From the NCBI RefSeq assembly GCF_006345805.1, contig NC_042998.1, positions 203,112,001 to 203,176,000 of the forward strand: a stretch of DNA of 64,000 nt, in the 5' to 3' direction. This document shows positions 12,174 to 24,779 of this stretch, piece by piece (the first letter of the stretch is position 1; the number at the start of each line of letters is the position of its first letter). The DNA is from Octopus sinensis. Lineage: Eukaryota. Position numbers and translations under genes: made by a program. Below the pieces are notes generated by a model. That model had not been told where the DNA came from and did no database searches. It saw only the letters and a list, made by a program, of their open reading frames with translations.

Positions 12174-12228
12174 AATATTGAATTTCTAAATATCTCATAG
12201 AGATATGTACGGTCGTGGAGCGATAGAA

Positions 12229-12464
12229 TGGTTGTATACTGTCAACTTAACGTGACAGTAAGGGAATTACACCACCGCTGTTAGCCCTAGGAAGCATCGA
12301 CGTTTCCTGTCGGCCTCGACACATTTCCTGTCATATATTTCGTAAATATATAAGGACACAGGAAATGTGTCAAGGCCGACAGAAAGCGTCGATGCTTCCT
12401 AGGGCTAAACAGCGGTGGTGTGTAATCCCTTACAGGACTGTCACGCTAACTTGACAGTATACAA

Positions 12465-12467
<3 letters not shown>
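12229..12467. repeat. ~240-bp imperfect palindrome (fold-back/MITE-like)
   Basis: tggttgtatactgtcaa...ttgacagtatacaacca; arms include ccctaggaagcatcgacg/cgtcgatgcttcctaggg; centre atatatttcgtaaatatat. Confidence 0.85.
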
Positions 12468-12516
<49 letters not shown>

Positions 12517-12689
12517 ATATATATATATATACTACAGCACCCCGTCAGTTACATGTAAATCTCTCTCCATATATACATATATATGTATGCATATGTGTGT
12601 TCATACACACACATTTTTATTATTTCATGTGTTTCCGCGTAAAGGCTATGACCATGCAGGGATACCGTCAGCATCCTCACCTTTTCAAT

Positions 12690-13655
12690 GGACGTTCTTC
12701 TCTTGTTGGCTTTTGGTGAATGAGGAAGTTTGCTATTGCAGCAGCCGTCGTTTGTGTTTCTTGCCTCGATATAGGTTCGTCTGCGATCTTAGAAAGCAGA
12801 ATGTGAAAATGCTTCTTCAAAAACATCTACTCCCCCTCCCCATGTAGATCTCTCGTATTTTTAGCAAGATAGCAAATAGTTATGCGCCTTTCAATCCAAA
12901 GTAATTGGTCCTCCCTTTAGACAGGATGGGTGGAACTTTTGGAACAGTGAAGGGACATCCTGTTCAGGGTTTAGTATAACTGTTGATACCAAAGTTTGGT
13001 GCCAATCCATCTAAGATCTTCCATAATTATATCACTGAATATTTCTTGCATCTTCTCTTCAAGCGATAGAGTTGTCACACTTTCAGTCTCTTCCGGTAGC
13101 TCAGTTGTTCCATTGAACCGTTTTATTGCTTCAAGTGCTACGATCAATATGACACTCTCTGTGACTAGCTAAGAACAGTAGTCCAGACGGCTGAAGATAA
13201 ATGTTCTCCAAATGATCAACATAATTTCCTTGTCCCTTTTTTCCGAAAGTTCTTAGAATCCATTCCGCCATTCACCCGCACATTGCCATATTCTTGGTGA
13301 TACGCTCAAATGACGTAGCATCGTTGCTCATATCAATCCTCAGTCACGCAATATGTTTGACTCTGCGACCTTTTTTTTTGTTTTTGCTTTTGGTCCAAAG
13401 TATTTCTGTTGCAGCACGATAGCACCATCTGGATGATTGCGGTGGGCTCAGAATTCTCCTGAATTAAAACTGCATGTTTTTTTTTCCTCCAACCCATGTA
13501 TCTATGGCATCTAGATTTTTCTGCAAAAGATTTGCATCAACAAGATTCATGACTGCTTCTGCTACATTTGTATCACTGGCATAGCAAGTATGAGTAGCGA
13601 CCTCTATAGTTGGTCCCATGTCTGATAGGACCGCCACAAACAGCAGGGACCTCAA
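12690..13655 (-). mobile_element. CR1-like LINE, degraded RT C-terminal region
   Basis: Peptides CYASDTNV...LLQKNLDAIDTW (YADD region), WKILDGLAPNFGINSY, LLSKIADEPISRQE; many stops and frameshifts. Confidence 0.75.
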
Positions 13656-14005
13656 CACAGATAGAATAAGTAGAAGGCTTACAAAGAATAAAAGCTGGAG
13701 TTGATTTGTTCGGCAAAAAAAGGCGGTGCTCCAGCATCGCCGCAGTCGAATGACTGAAACAAGAACAAAAAGAAGAAAAGAATATATAGTAAAATATAAG
13801 TTTTTATCTTTTATTTGCTTCAGCCATTAGAGTGCGGCCATGCTGGAGCACCGCTATGAAGAATTTTAGAGAAACGAATCCATCCCAGTACTTATAATAT
13901 TTTTGTAAAACCTTGTAATTATCCTATCGGTCTCTTAAACCGTACCGTTAAGTTATGGGGGCGTAAAGACACCAACACCGGCTGTCAACACAGACACACA
14001 CTCTC
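13656..14005. mobile_element. Two diverged SINE A 3' fragments, tail to tail
   Basis: ggcggtgctccagcat...gactgaaacaag (+) and its reverse complement near 13800-13870. Confidence 0.7.
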
Positions 14006-14168
14006 ATAGATGTAATGAATGTATGTATGTACGTATGTATGTATGTATGTATGTCATTATTCAGTTTATTTCAAGATTTCTTGCCAACAGAGAAAGTGCC
14101 GGTTTCTAACCTAGATCCAAGGTTCCTTCATTGGAATTTCATCTTCAACAACGGGGTATTTTTGTATG

Positions 14169-14202
<34 letters not shown>

Positions 14203-14224
14203 TGTATGTATGTATGTGTGTAGA

Positions 14225-14705
14225 TTTGTATGTTTTGCTTTATGTATGTATTCTCATCCATATAGTTGCATATCTACACATGCTCATATATATACTGAAA
14301 TGATAAACTTCTGCAAAGCTTTACAGATTTTTACAGTTGTAGCGATGGAATCAATTTGTAGTCTTCGAATTAGCTTTCTCTTTTCTGGTTTTGAGAAGTC
14401 TAGTTTCTCAAGATTAGTATTTAAAACATGGTGTTACATATCTCAGGGTCCTGATAATTACAGGTATAAATTTGAACTTGTGATCTGAATAGTGTAACTA
14501 CAGATTTCTCAATAATTCAGCGTAGGTGTTCTCTTTCAGCTTTATGTTAACATCTGGTGGGCAGCTAATTCCACAACTTTGCACAGTTTCTCTTCTATAT
14601 CCTAAATCACTATATCAGGCCTGTTGTGTTTACATTCTATTGAGGTTTTCAATGGGACATTCCACCAGTACTCCTTTTTATTATGAGTGACTATGGTTTC
14701 TGCCA
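14225..14705 (-). mobile_element. RLE LINE 3' fragment (third family) in (TACA)n
   Basis: YWWNVPLKTSIECKHNRPDIVI ... LEKLDFSKPEKRKLIRRLQIDSIATTVKICKALQKFII*; 3' UTR runs into (TACA)n. Confidence 0.75.
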
Positions 14706-14907
14706 TATTATGAGTTCTATGCATGTATGCATGTATAGAAAAATACATATACATACATGCACACACACACATATATATACCTACATATATATATATATAT
14801 ATACCGGAGTAAACACATAAATGTGAAACAAGGTGGAAAAAAGAGTACTCAAATACCAGTGGTAGAGTAATATGCTTTATTTTAAGCAGCAGAAAATTCA
14901 ACAAAAT

Positions 14908-14945
14908 CTGTTACTCTGAGTTTCTCGTTGCCGTTCATCAGACAG
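14908..14945 (-). ncRNA. Minimal type I hammerhead ribozyme (left arm)
   Basis: Exact reverse complement of 17219-17256. Confidence 0.7.
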
Positions 14946-15716
14946 TTTTTGCTAGAATGGAACTTATATATCAATTCAATCTATACTCTTACAAACGCTA
15001 CACCTTTAAAAAGAAATGGACTTGTTTGATTGGCCCTTTAGAAAAAACGGTCAATCTTCGAGCGATAAACAAAAAGGTCAAAAATATATGTATATATATA
15101 TAAAAAAACTTATAAAAATTATAAAATCCGAGGAAAAAACCGAGGAAAAAACCTATTGACGTTAATGAAGACAGTGCAAATTAATGCATAGAAATTAAAC
15201 CTGTTATAAATACTGCAATACATATTTATATTAAAATCTACATATATATATCAACATACACAAAAGGATGCGCGTAAACGCCATACATACATATACAGAC
15301 GTATGAATATGAATCTAAATATACACATAAAAGCATGTGTACATATATTCACGCAAACCGTCTCGCACGCAAGCTAAAATTCATCTATGTAGCAATTCTC
15401 ATATACTGAGCAAGGAGGGGGAACGAAAGAAAGGGAAAGAGAGTAAAAGGAACGAAGGAGGGGTGGGGAAAAAACTTGTAACGATGTTATTGGCATCTAT
15501 AGAGACCAGTATACATACACAAGTTTGAATGGATACATATACATACCGTCGTGTATATGTGTGCTTAAGCACAAGCATACTTTCACTTACACATACACAG
15601 ATACGCATGCTTACAAATACATATGCTTTGCTATACACATACTTATATAAACATTATAATTTGCTTTTTTTTAAAAAACATTGCTTTTAAAAATGGGTGC
15701 ATCGTAGCGCTCTTAA

Positions 15717-16184
15717 GAGCCCATTAAGAAATGTAATTTCAAAAACGAAAGCTCCTGTCCGTTAGAAGGGAAATGTCTAGTGAAAGGAGTAGTTTATAGA
15801 GCCAAGGTGCAAGTGGAAGGCTCATCGGAATACAAGACATACACAGGGGCTTCAGAAAATTCATTTAAAACAAGATTTTATTCTCATAAAAATTCTTTTA
15901 AATACCCAGAGAATAGGAAGAAAACCAGCCTAGCAAAATATGTCTGGGAACTAAAAGAAAAGGAAGCCCCACCTTTCAACGTGACATGGAGCATTCTGGA
16001 CAGGGCGGCACCATACAGGCATGGAGCTTACAAATATAATTTCAAGTGTAGACTTTGCCTATTAGAAAAAATGTACATCTTATTCAAAGACAATAATTCT
16101 TTGAATCAAAGAAGTGAGTTAATGAACTTATGTAGGCACGCGGCTAAATTTAAAATGTCGAATATAAATATACCATATGGATAG
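15717..16184 (+). CDS. GIY-YIG endonuclease domain of a Penelope-like ORF (truncated, no RT)
   Basis: Open frame EPIKKCNFKNESSCPLEGKCLVKGVVYRAKV...YTGASENSFKTRFYSHKNSF...LAKYVWELK...CRLCLLEKMYIL...NQRSELMNLCRH. Confidence 0.85.
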   Translation, partial: EPIKKCNFKNESSCPLEGKCLVKGVVYRAKVQVEGSSEYKTYTGASENSFKTRFYSHKNSFKYPENRKKTSLAKYVWELKEKEAPPFNVTWSILDRAAPYRHGAYKYNFKCRLCLLEKMYILFKDNNSLNQRSELMNLCRHAAKFKMSNINIPYG

Positions 16185-17218
16185 AGTATATATTTTGTAT
16201 TTTTGATTTTTGATTTTGATTTTGACTATTGAGCGCTACGATGGATTTTGATTCTGTTTCCAAGCTACGCGGATCTTAATCCGTATAGCAAAGTCTTATG
16301 TTTCTACATATATATTAGGAAAAACCTACAAACTTTGTTTTCATGTTATTGTATTGCATAGGATTACCTTGATTATTTATATTACCTTGATTATTTATAA
16401 ATGACCCAAAATAGGATGTTATATTTTATTTTATATGTCTTTCATATATATTTTTATTAATGCACCCATTTTTAAAAGCAATGTTTTTTAAAAAAAAGCA
16501 AATTAGAATGTTTATATAAGTATGTGTATAGCAAAGCATATGTATTTGTAAGCATGCGTATCTGTGTATGTGTAAGTGAAAGTATGCTTGTGCTTAAGCA
16601 CGCATACACACGACGGTATGTATATGTATCCATTCAAACTTGTGTATGTATACTGGCCTCTATAGATGCCAATAACATCGTTATAAGTTTTTTCCCCACC
16701 CCTCCTTCGTTCCTTTTTCTCTCTTTCCCTTTCTTTCGTTCCCCCTCCTTGCTCAGTATATGAGAATTGCTACATAGATGAATTTTAGCTTGCGTGCGAG
16801 ACGGTTTGCGTGAATATATGTACACATGCTTTTATGTGTATATTTAGATTCATATTCATACGTCTGTATATGTATGTATGGCGTTTACGCGCATCCTTTT
16901 GTGTATGTTGATATATATATGTAGATTTTAATATAAATATGTATTGCAGTATTTATAACAGGTTTAATTTCTATGCATTAATTTGCACTGTCTTCATTAA
17001 CGTCAATAGGTTTTTTCCTCGGTTTTTTTCTCGGATTTTATAATTTTTATAAGTTTTTTTATATATATATATACATATATTTTTGACCTTTTTGTTTATC
17101 GCTCGAAGATTGACCGTTTTTTCTAAAGGGCCAATCAAACAAGTCCATTTCTTTTTAAAGGTGTAGCGTTTGTAAGAGTATAGATTGAATTGATATATAA
17201 GTTCCATTCTAGCAAAAA

Positions 17219-17256
17219 CTGTCTGATGAACGGCAACGAGAAACTCAGAGTAACAG
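17219..17256 (+). ncRNA. Minimal type I hammerhead ribozyme (right arm)
   Basis: ctgt CTGATGA acg gcaa cga GAAAC tcaga GTA acag; stem I ctgt/acag, GNRA-capped stem II, GUA cleavage triplet. Confidence 0.7.
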
Positions 17257-17952
17257 ATTTTGTTGAATTTTCTGCTGCTTAAAATTAAGTATATATATAT
17301 ATATATATATAGGTATATAATGTATATATATATATGTACTTATATAATATATATGCATATAATATACATGTCAAATATTTTATGTATATGCTTATACATA
17401 TGTGTGTGCGAATGTGTATATTTGAGTGTATGCGTGCGCGTGTGTGTGTGTGTGTGCGTGTGCATGTATGTGTGTGTGTGTGCGTATGCACTCGCCAGAC
17501 ATGACAAACCGTCCGGTCCTGACATGTGTGAGCGTGTGCAGATCAACTTGTCTATGCTTTGTGCTTTGTATGTTTTTGTTACATCAGACAAAGCGCCCCC
17601 CCTCCCAGTCTACACATTTATGTACTTAGGACCGCCTGCTGGGTATTAGTACCTTAATATCTCGTATTAAAGCCACATTGCAGCTGGTCGAAACAAGCAG
17701 CGACAAAAGCGCTCTACAACGTGCTCTTATAAAGTCTCTAGCCTGCTTCAGTCCTCACTTCCTCGAAGAAAGTTCTCCGGGTGCACAGCAAGGAGGATCA
17801 TCTAAGATTACTGCTTACTCTTTATCCTGGCTGCCGTTTGTGCTTTTTTGCTTAATCCTTAATCCTGGGAGGGTAATGATCACAGCGTCTGTAACGTCTA
17901 TTTTGTGGTGCCGTTGTCAGGGGCTCTCTTTATGTTTGATGTTGTAAAAGTT

Positions 17953-18126
17953 TTATGTTCGTAGAGAAACTTTAGACGGTTTCAATTCCGGGGATGTAGA
18001 GCGGGACAAAACTTCAGGAGTGGGATTTACTGTGCGGCTGACGATAGTAGTGGGGGATAGGGGAATCCAAACGTTTTGCTGGGAATGGCCAATAGTTTTA
18101 TAGAATAAAAGACACAGAATCGTTCT
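17953..18126 (-). CDS. Possible terminal coding exon of an unknown host gene
   Basis: Pyrimidine tract + caag| acceptor, then RTILCLLFYKTIGHSQQNVWIPLSPTTIVSRTVNPTPEVLSRSTSPELKPSKVSLRT*; no homology recognised. Confidence 0.15.
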   Translation of the reverse strand, partial: RTILCLLFYKTIGHSQQNVWIPLSPTTIVSRTVNPTPEVLSRSTSPELKPSKVSLRT

Positions 18127-18434
18127 CTTGGTGGTAGAAGAGAGAGAGAGAGAGGGGGGGAGATGACGTAGGGAGGAAGACGGAGGAGTAGGGTCCGCTT
18201 CAGCAATTCAACTTTAATCTAATGACTCTTATCAGATCTTGTTCTGTCTTGTGATTCCAGCCCTGGTTCTAATTCTATTGTTGACCATTATGATTCGAGC
18301 ATAGCAGTGAACCCCTCTACATAGGTTATTCACCACTTGGTCGATGTTGACAATGACAATGACGTTTACGCTAACATTATGATTAACCATCAATGTTTGC
18401 AGTGATTTGATTGGATCAATCGGTGTTTCTGGCA

Positions 18435-18665
18435 ATTTGATTGGATGGAAAAACAACAAACTCCGCAGACAACGGCTTTACTCTCAACTGAGCCAGAAGA
18501 AAAGAAACCAAGGAAGACCAAGACCGAGATTCAAAGAAAGAAGTGTGAAGTGGAAAGGAATTGATCTTAACAAATGGCTGACTCAAGCGAAAAACCGACC
18601 AGAATGGAGAAAGCTGATCAAATCAGGCCAAAGCCGTGAACGATCCTTGTCGCGACGACTGATTG
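18435..18665 (+). mobile_element. RTE-clade LINE 3' remnant
   Basis: RLYSQLSQKKRNQGRPRPRFK...WKGIDLNKWLTQAKNRPEWRKLI. Confidence 0.7.
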
Positions 18666-19810
18666 CAGATTAAATATATAGAATTAGATCGATTAGGAAT
18701 TAGTGTTAGGTACAATCTGTACGGATAAACCGCAACTCTCCTTTAGATATGAATGACTGATTCATTTTGATGATAGATAGGAAACTCTGCTCCCCATTTG
18801 AAAAACACAAACAATATGGCCACCTTGACGCATTACGTATGTCACCTCTAAAGTACGTCCGATGTTTAACAACCAATCATACTTTTGTTTTCATATTTAT
18901 ATCCGAAGTTCTCACATAATACTGTTAGTTGTTATAGATGTTTAAACTCAGGTCAGCCATGATCAGGCAGATCTGTGATCAAAGGCCGTCCAGCTATGAC
19001 CATCCAGGGCTATTGTTCAGACGGTATTATCTATCTACAACTACAGTTATCATCTACATGTCTCCTTTGCTAAAGACAGTATATTTGTTTTGAGGTAGAT
19101 TTGTCTGTTATTTCTTCGATCAGATCGAGCGACCACAAAGTGATCTCTTCATTGGTTTCTTTTGTTTTTATGAAGCCGAGAGTCTTCCTGCAACCATATT
19201 ATGTAAACCCTTAGACCTCATTAGAATGAAGAATCCATGAATGATACGGCGAGATTTTATGGGTCAGCGATAGCCTTAACCAATCAGAGTAACAACAGTT
19301 CATTAATTCTCTCTTTTGGTGCTGACCATTCTGATTCCAGCCAGTCTGAGAACTTCACGAGAACTTCACTAAGTGGTCAACTCACTGCGAAAAATAACGG
19401 TCAAATCTCTCTCAAATCACACCTGCAGTGTAGGACACATTGTATAATGTAATCATAAATATACTAAGATAAGAAATAAAACTGGACGGTTACACCTGGG
19501 ATGCCTTTGATCATAGGTTGTCATCAAAGCATCTACTTTCTCAGGCAACACCTAGCTGTGGTATTGAGTACTTAGTGATTTCAATTCCCAGCTGGAACCA
19601 CTTCACTCTCCACCACTTTCTATTCCATAAATATATTCTGACTGTCCACCATTGAAATAACTTCACGCTCTGATGTAGGAAATCGCTGAAACATCACCAT
19701 AAAACACTCCAAAGAGATCGCTTTGTGGTTTAACAGCCTCCCCTTAAACCATCCTTGATCAAGCGAACATAAGACCAAACGCCATCCAGCCATGACTATT
19801 CCGTCTTTTG

Positions 19811-20101
19811 TTTGCTACTTCTCGAGCCACGCCTGGCTCATAAGGGCCGGTTTCCTTGGCGTATAGGTTCCCCACCTGGACGGGACGCCGGTCCGTCGCA
19901 GGTGAGCTGCAAGATGCAAGAGGAAAGAGAGAAAGTTGTGGCGAAAGAGTCAGCAGAGGTTCGCCATTACCTTCTGCCGGAGCCGCGTGGAGCTTAGGTG
20001 TTTCGCTCATAAACACACACACATCGCCCGGTCTGAGATTCAAACCCATGATCCCTCGACCGCGAGTTCGCTGCTCTAACCACTAGGCCATGTGCCTCCA
20101 C
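19811..20101 (-). mobile_element. tRNA-derived SINE family C, tail type I, 13-bp TSD
   Basis: TSD attccgtcttttg at 19798-19810 and 20102-20114; head gtggaggcacatggcctagtggttag. Confidence 0.9.
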
Positions 20102-20589
20102 ATTCCGTCTTTTGGTATATCTAGGACTACATTCTCCTATATGTCGCTTCCATTTTTAAAATGATAGGGTGTGATTTAAGAGAGTGTTGACTGCTATTTC
20201 TTGTAGGTTCAGCGTGAGACAAAGATGCTCCCTGGTTGATTGGAGCAGAGCGCCATGAAGGACCGCGTATTAGACTAAAGAATAACGGTGTACCAACGGT
20301 CATTCAAAAGGTGACTGTCGTTATATCTTTTAATCATGTCTTCTCGTTAAAAGCTGACTTGCAGCTAAACACCAACGACATATTGATTCCATCATCTACG
20401 TCCCCGACTCCCGTTCCATCTGCGCCCACCTCCACCTCCCATAAAAATGGCGTCGTAGCAAGTGAAAGCAAGCCACTGCTGCATTTCTATGCTTTCTTGT
20501 CTGAAGCAATTTATGGAGTCCGGAGAAATGTTTTAACAGATCTCATCATTCTTGCCATCACGTAGCAGAATCTATTCAACGTTTTTACC

Positions 20590-20632
20590 CATTACCGACG
20601 ACGACTACGACGACGATGACGATAATGGTGAC

Positions 20633-20671
<39 letters not shown>

Positions 20672-20704
20672 AACGATGATGATGATGATGATGATGATGA
20701 TAAC

Positions 20705-20736
<32 letters not shown>

Positions 20737-20820
20737 CAACGACGACGATGATGATGATGATGACGACGATGATGATGATTATGATGACGATGATGACGAT
20801 GATGATGATGACAAATGATA
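20590..20820. repeat. (GAT/GAC)n microsatellite
   Basis: Direct reading. Confidence 0.95.
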
Positions 20821-21350
20821 TCAATGATGTCGGTGGCGGTAGTGGTGGTGGTGGTGGTGGTGGTGCTGATGATGACGACTATGGCAGCCATATTGATGGC
20901 TAAAAATGGCAACCAATATTATTGTTGTTGTTGTTGTTGTTGCAATGAAAGTGATTCTTTTACTAATGCAGCAGCAACAGTAACAGATATGATGTTGTTG
21001 TTGTTGTTGTTGTTGTTCTTTTTGGTTGCTTTTTGTTTCGTTTTTGTTTTTGTTGTTTCTGTCTTTCCTTATTTGATCTTTTATTTCTTTCTTTGTATTT
21101 CGCATGAGCGACATCTCCACAAAAACCCATTTGGCCTCTGATATCCCTGCTTACTTCCAGTTAGGGTGGCGACGACGGTGGTGGGTGGCGGTATTGTTGT
21201 TGCTGTTGTTGTTGTTGGAGGTGGTGGTGGTGGTGGTGGTGATGGTAGAGTCGAGTATGGATATTGTTTCGCTTGTTTTGGTCGTTTTCTGAAGTCCAAG
21301 CAATATATACAACCCATCACTGCTGCTCAGCTGGTGTATGTGTCACACGC

Positions 21351-21412
<62 letters not shown>

Positions 21413-22300
21413 CACACACACACACACATACACACACACGCATACACACACACACACAGAGTCATACACACACACACGTGCTCACACATATATATGATAT
21501 AGATACATACATACATGCACACACACATATATATATGTATATACATATATATGCGTGTGTGTGCATGTGTGTGTGTACATGTGTATATGTATTTGTTAGT
21601 GTGTGTGTGTGTGTGTATGTGTGTGTAGAGGTAAAAAGAGGCTGACAACGGCCACTATAAAATGCATTCCCCACCTCCCACCTCCCACCTCGCACCTTTC
21701 TACTTTTTATTTCTCTTTCTTTTTCTCTTTCTCCCTTACTCTCAATTGCCCCGACCACCCCCATCGACCGCCTTTCCTATTATATTCCCGCAGAATGAGA
21801 AAATAAAAAGCAAAAATATATATATAAAAAAACAACAACAATAAACTACAGCAACGCCGATAACAACAACATAAAACATCGGAACGATGGGACAAAAAGA
21901 ATCAGCTACAACAACAACAACGATAGGGAATCAATCCCGTTAACAATAACAATGACAACAATAACGAGAACAAGAAGAAGAAGAATAAAAATGGCGCCAA
22001 TAAAAAGGTTAACGTTTATTAACGATAATGTCTTAATAAAAGACTAATACTCTCTATAAAAGGATAATGTCACTTTATTGTGGCCCTTCCTCACCCCCCA
22101 CCCGTCTAGTACAGCAGCCTTTCCTTTCTCTCCTTTCTCCCCTCTCTCTCCTTTCTTCCCTTTCTTTCTTTCTTTCTTTCGTTCCTTCTTCCCTTTCTCT
22201 CGTTCTTTCTTTCTTTCCTTCTTCCCTTTTTTCTTTCTTTCGTTCCTTCTTCCCTTTCTCTCGTTCTTTCTTTCTTTCCTTCTTCCCTTTCTTTCTTTTT

Positions 22301-22332
<32 letters not shown>

Positions 22333-23054
22333 TCCTTCTTTATCTTATTCTCTTCCTCCTTCTCTGTTTCCATCACGACCACGACCACCACAATCATCAC
22401 CATCACCATCTCCTCCTCTTCTACATCATCATCCTTCTTCTTTTTCTTCTTCTCCTCCTCCTCCTCTCCTCCTCCTTCAGTCATCCACCCCATTCAAGTA
22501 CTGTGTTGGTGCAGTTGTGACTGTAGTACGAGTGGTGGTGTGTTCGCGGTGTTCATTTGCCATGATGGTGGCGTTAGTGGTGATGTTGCTGAAAGCTGGT
22601 GTTGATAGTGGTGGTGGTGATGGTGGTGGTGGTGGCGGCGGTGATGGCGTTTGTGACGATGCTGCTGCTGGTGGTGGTGGTGGTGGCGACGGTGTTGGCG
22701 TTCAGTGTTGTCGGTGACAAAAGGTTGGAAGCGTGTACAATGTGCATGTCAAAATGGTGGGGAGTCCGCCATGACAGATCACACACAATTTGCATTGAAA
22801 TCCATCGTCGCACCACCTCCTCCTCCCCGCCGCCTCCTCCTCCAACATAGTCGCACATGGCCACGTACGAACGCTCACGATCGTTGGCGATCGCGCCGCA
22901 CGAACACAATGACAATTAGCCGTGATTGTTGTTCTTGTTGTTGCTGTGATTGTGATTGTGTGTGTGTGACAGACGCTTTCTGTCTTCGTTGTATGATCGT
23001 GGTTGTCATTGCCACTCCGGCTCCTTTGCTTTCTCTCTGTCTCTATTGGTTCCT

Positions 23055-23130
<76 letters not shown>

Positions 23131-23146
23131 TTAAAATAGGTATATG

Positions 23147-23203
<57 letters not shown>

Positions 23204-23263
23204 CTGTCTGTCTATCTAACTATCTAGCGATCTGTCTATCAATCTGTCTGTCTGTCTATCTTT

Positions 23264-23300
<37 letters not shown>

Positions 23301-23331
23301 ATCTATCTATCTGTATATCTGTGTCTCTCTA

Positions 23332-23406
<75 letters not shown>

Positions 23407-24048
23407 GTATCTATCTATGTCTCTCTCTCTCTCTCTCTTTCTATGTCTATTTATCTCTCTTTCTATCTCTCCCTCCCCCTCTCTCTCTCTCTCCCTCTTT
23501 CTCTTTCTATGTCTATTCATCTCTGACATTACCGATGTTCAATACTTCTCTCCCTTTGTTAAAAAGTCAAAGATAAAAGCTGGCAGCAGTCACTAAAACA
23601 ACCTCTTAAGCTCTTGACGTTTCCTCACTTACCCCTCCCACCTTCCTTCACTCCCTCTCCCACCAGTTGGCTTTTATTTATTTATTTACTTATTTACTAA
23701 TTTATTTAATTATCCCCCGTTATTGAAATCGGAGGTTCGCGTGCAACTACCACTCTTCTCCTGCCAGTCCAGAAAGTTTAATTCTTTCTTTGATACCCAC
23801 CTATACCCTCCACCGCAGACACATGTGCGTTTGTGTCTGTGGGTGTACACACGCGCGCGCGCGCGTAAAGGAATAGGGATTTCGAAGACGGGCAGGTACC
23901 TTATAAGCATTCTGATATAATCCAAATGTGGCTAACCACATCGAATGATAAAGGACATACAAAGCTATTTAAAATAAACAATTACAAAGTCCATCACTCG
24001 TTAGGTTTCATTGGATTCCATACAGGATATAGAGTATAGAATCAAGAT

Positions 24049-24250
24049 ATCATAAGAAAGAATGGAGAATTATACATCTTCAAAATTGATTTATTATTGA
24101 AATATTCTCATTAAATTCCAATCCAAAAATTCTGCTGGACATTAGGACTCTTATCCAACAGCAAACACGTGTCGGAGTGGAATTTCATGGGAATAATACT
24201 GTAATAAACTAATTTCGAAGATGTCTAATTTTCCATTCTTCTTCGTGATG
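24049..24250. repeat. Old ~200-bp element with ~40-50-bp imperfect terminal inverted repeats
   Basis: aagaatggagaattatacatcttcaaaattgatttatta vs reverse complement aagaatggaaaattagacatcttcgaaattagtttatta. Confidence 0.7.
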
Positions 24251-24284
24251 TTTTGTCTATATATATATATAACTAAATATGTAT

Positions 24285-24570
24285 GTATGTATGTATATGT
24301 GCAGATTTGTATGTTTTGCTTTATGTATGTATTCTCATGCATATAGTTGCATATCTAGACATGCTCATATATATTTAAATGATAAACTTCTGGAAAGTTT
24401 TACAGATTTTTACAGTTCTAGCGATGGAATCAATCTGTAGTCTTCGAATTAGTTTTCTCCTTTCTGGTTGTGAGAAGCCTAATTTCTCAAGATTGGCATT
24501 TAGCCAGTGTGTTACATATCTCAGGTCCTCAATAAGTACAGGTATAAATCTGAAATTGTAACCTGGATAG
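24285..24570 (-). mobile_element. RLE LINE 3' fragment, same family as 14225-14705
   Basis: FYPGYNFRFIPVLI...LEKLGFSQPERRKLIRRLQIDSIARTVKICKTFQKFII*; same 3' UTR ending in (TACA)n. Confidence 0.75.
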
Positions 24571-24571
24571 A

Positions 24572-24661
<90 letters not shown>

Positions 24662-24779
24662 TGTGTGTATGTATGTATGTATATAAGCATGTATGTGTGT
24701 ATGCATATGTGTGTGTGTTTATGTGTGCGGGCATGTAGGTAAGATACACACACACACACACACACCACACACACACACA

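Larger units (their letters stand above)
14785..17285 (+). mobile_element. 5'-truncated Penelope-like element with inverted terminal arms
   Basis: Arms ~14880-15702 and ~16460-17283 are near-identical inverted copies around a GIY-YIG ORF; hammerhead in each arm; (TA)n flanks. Confidence 0.85.

Noticed and set aside
17678-17947. 89-aa plus-strand ORF in unique sequence
   Set aside because: No motif or splice support
20552-20912. Poly-Asp / poly-His ORFs
   Set aside because: (GAT)n microsatellite
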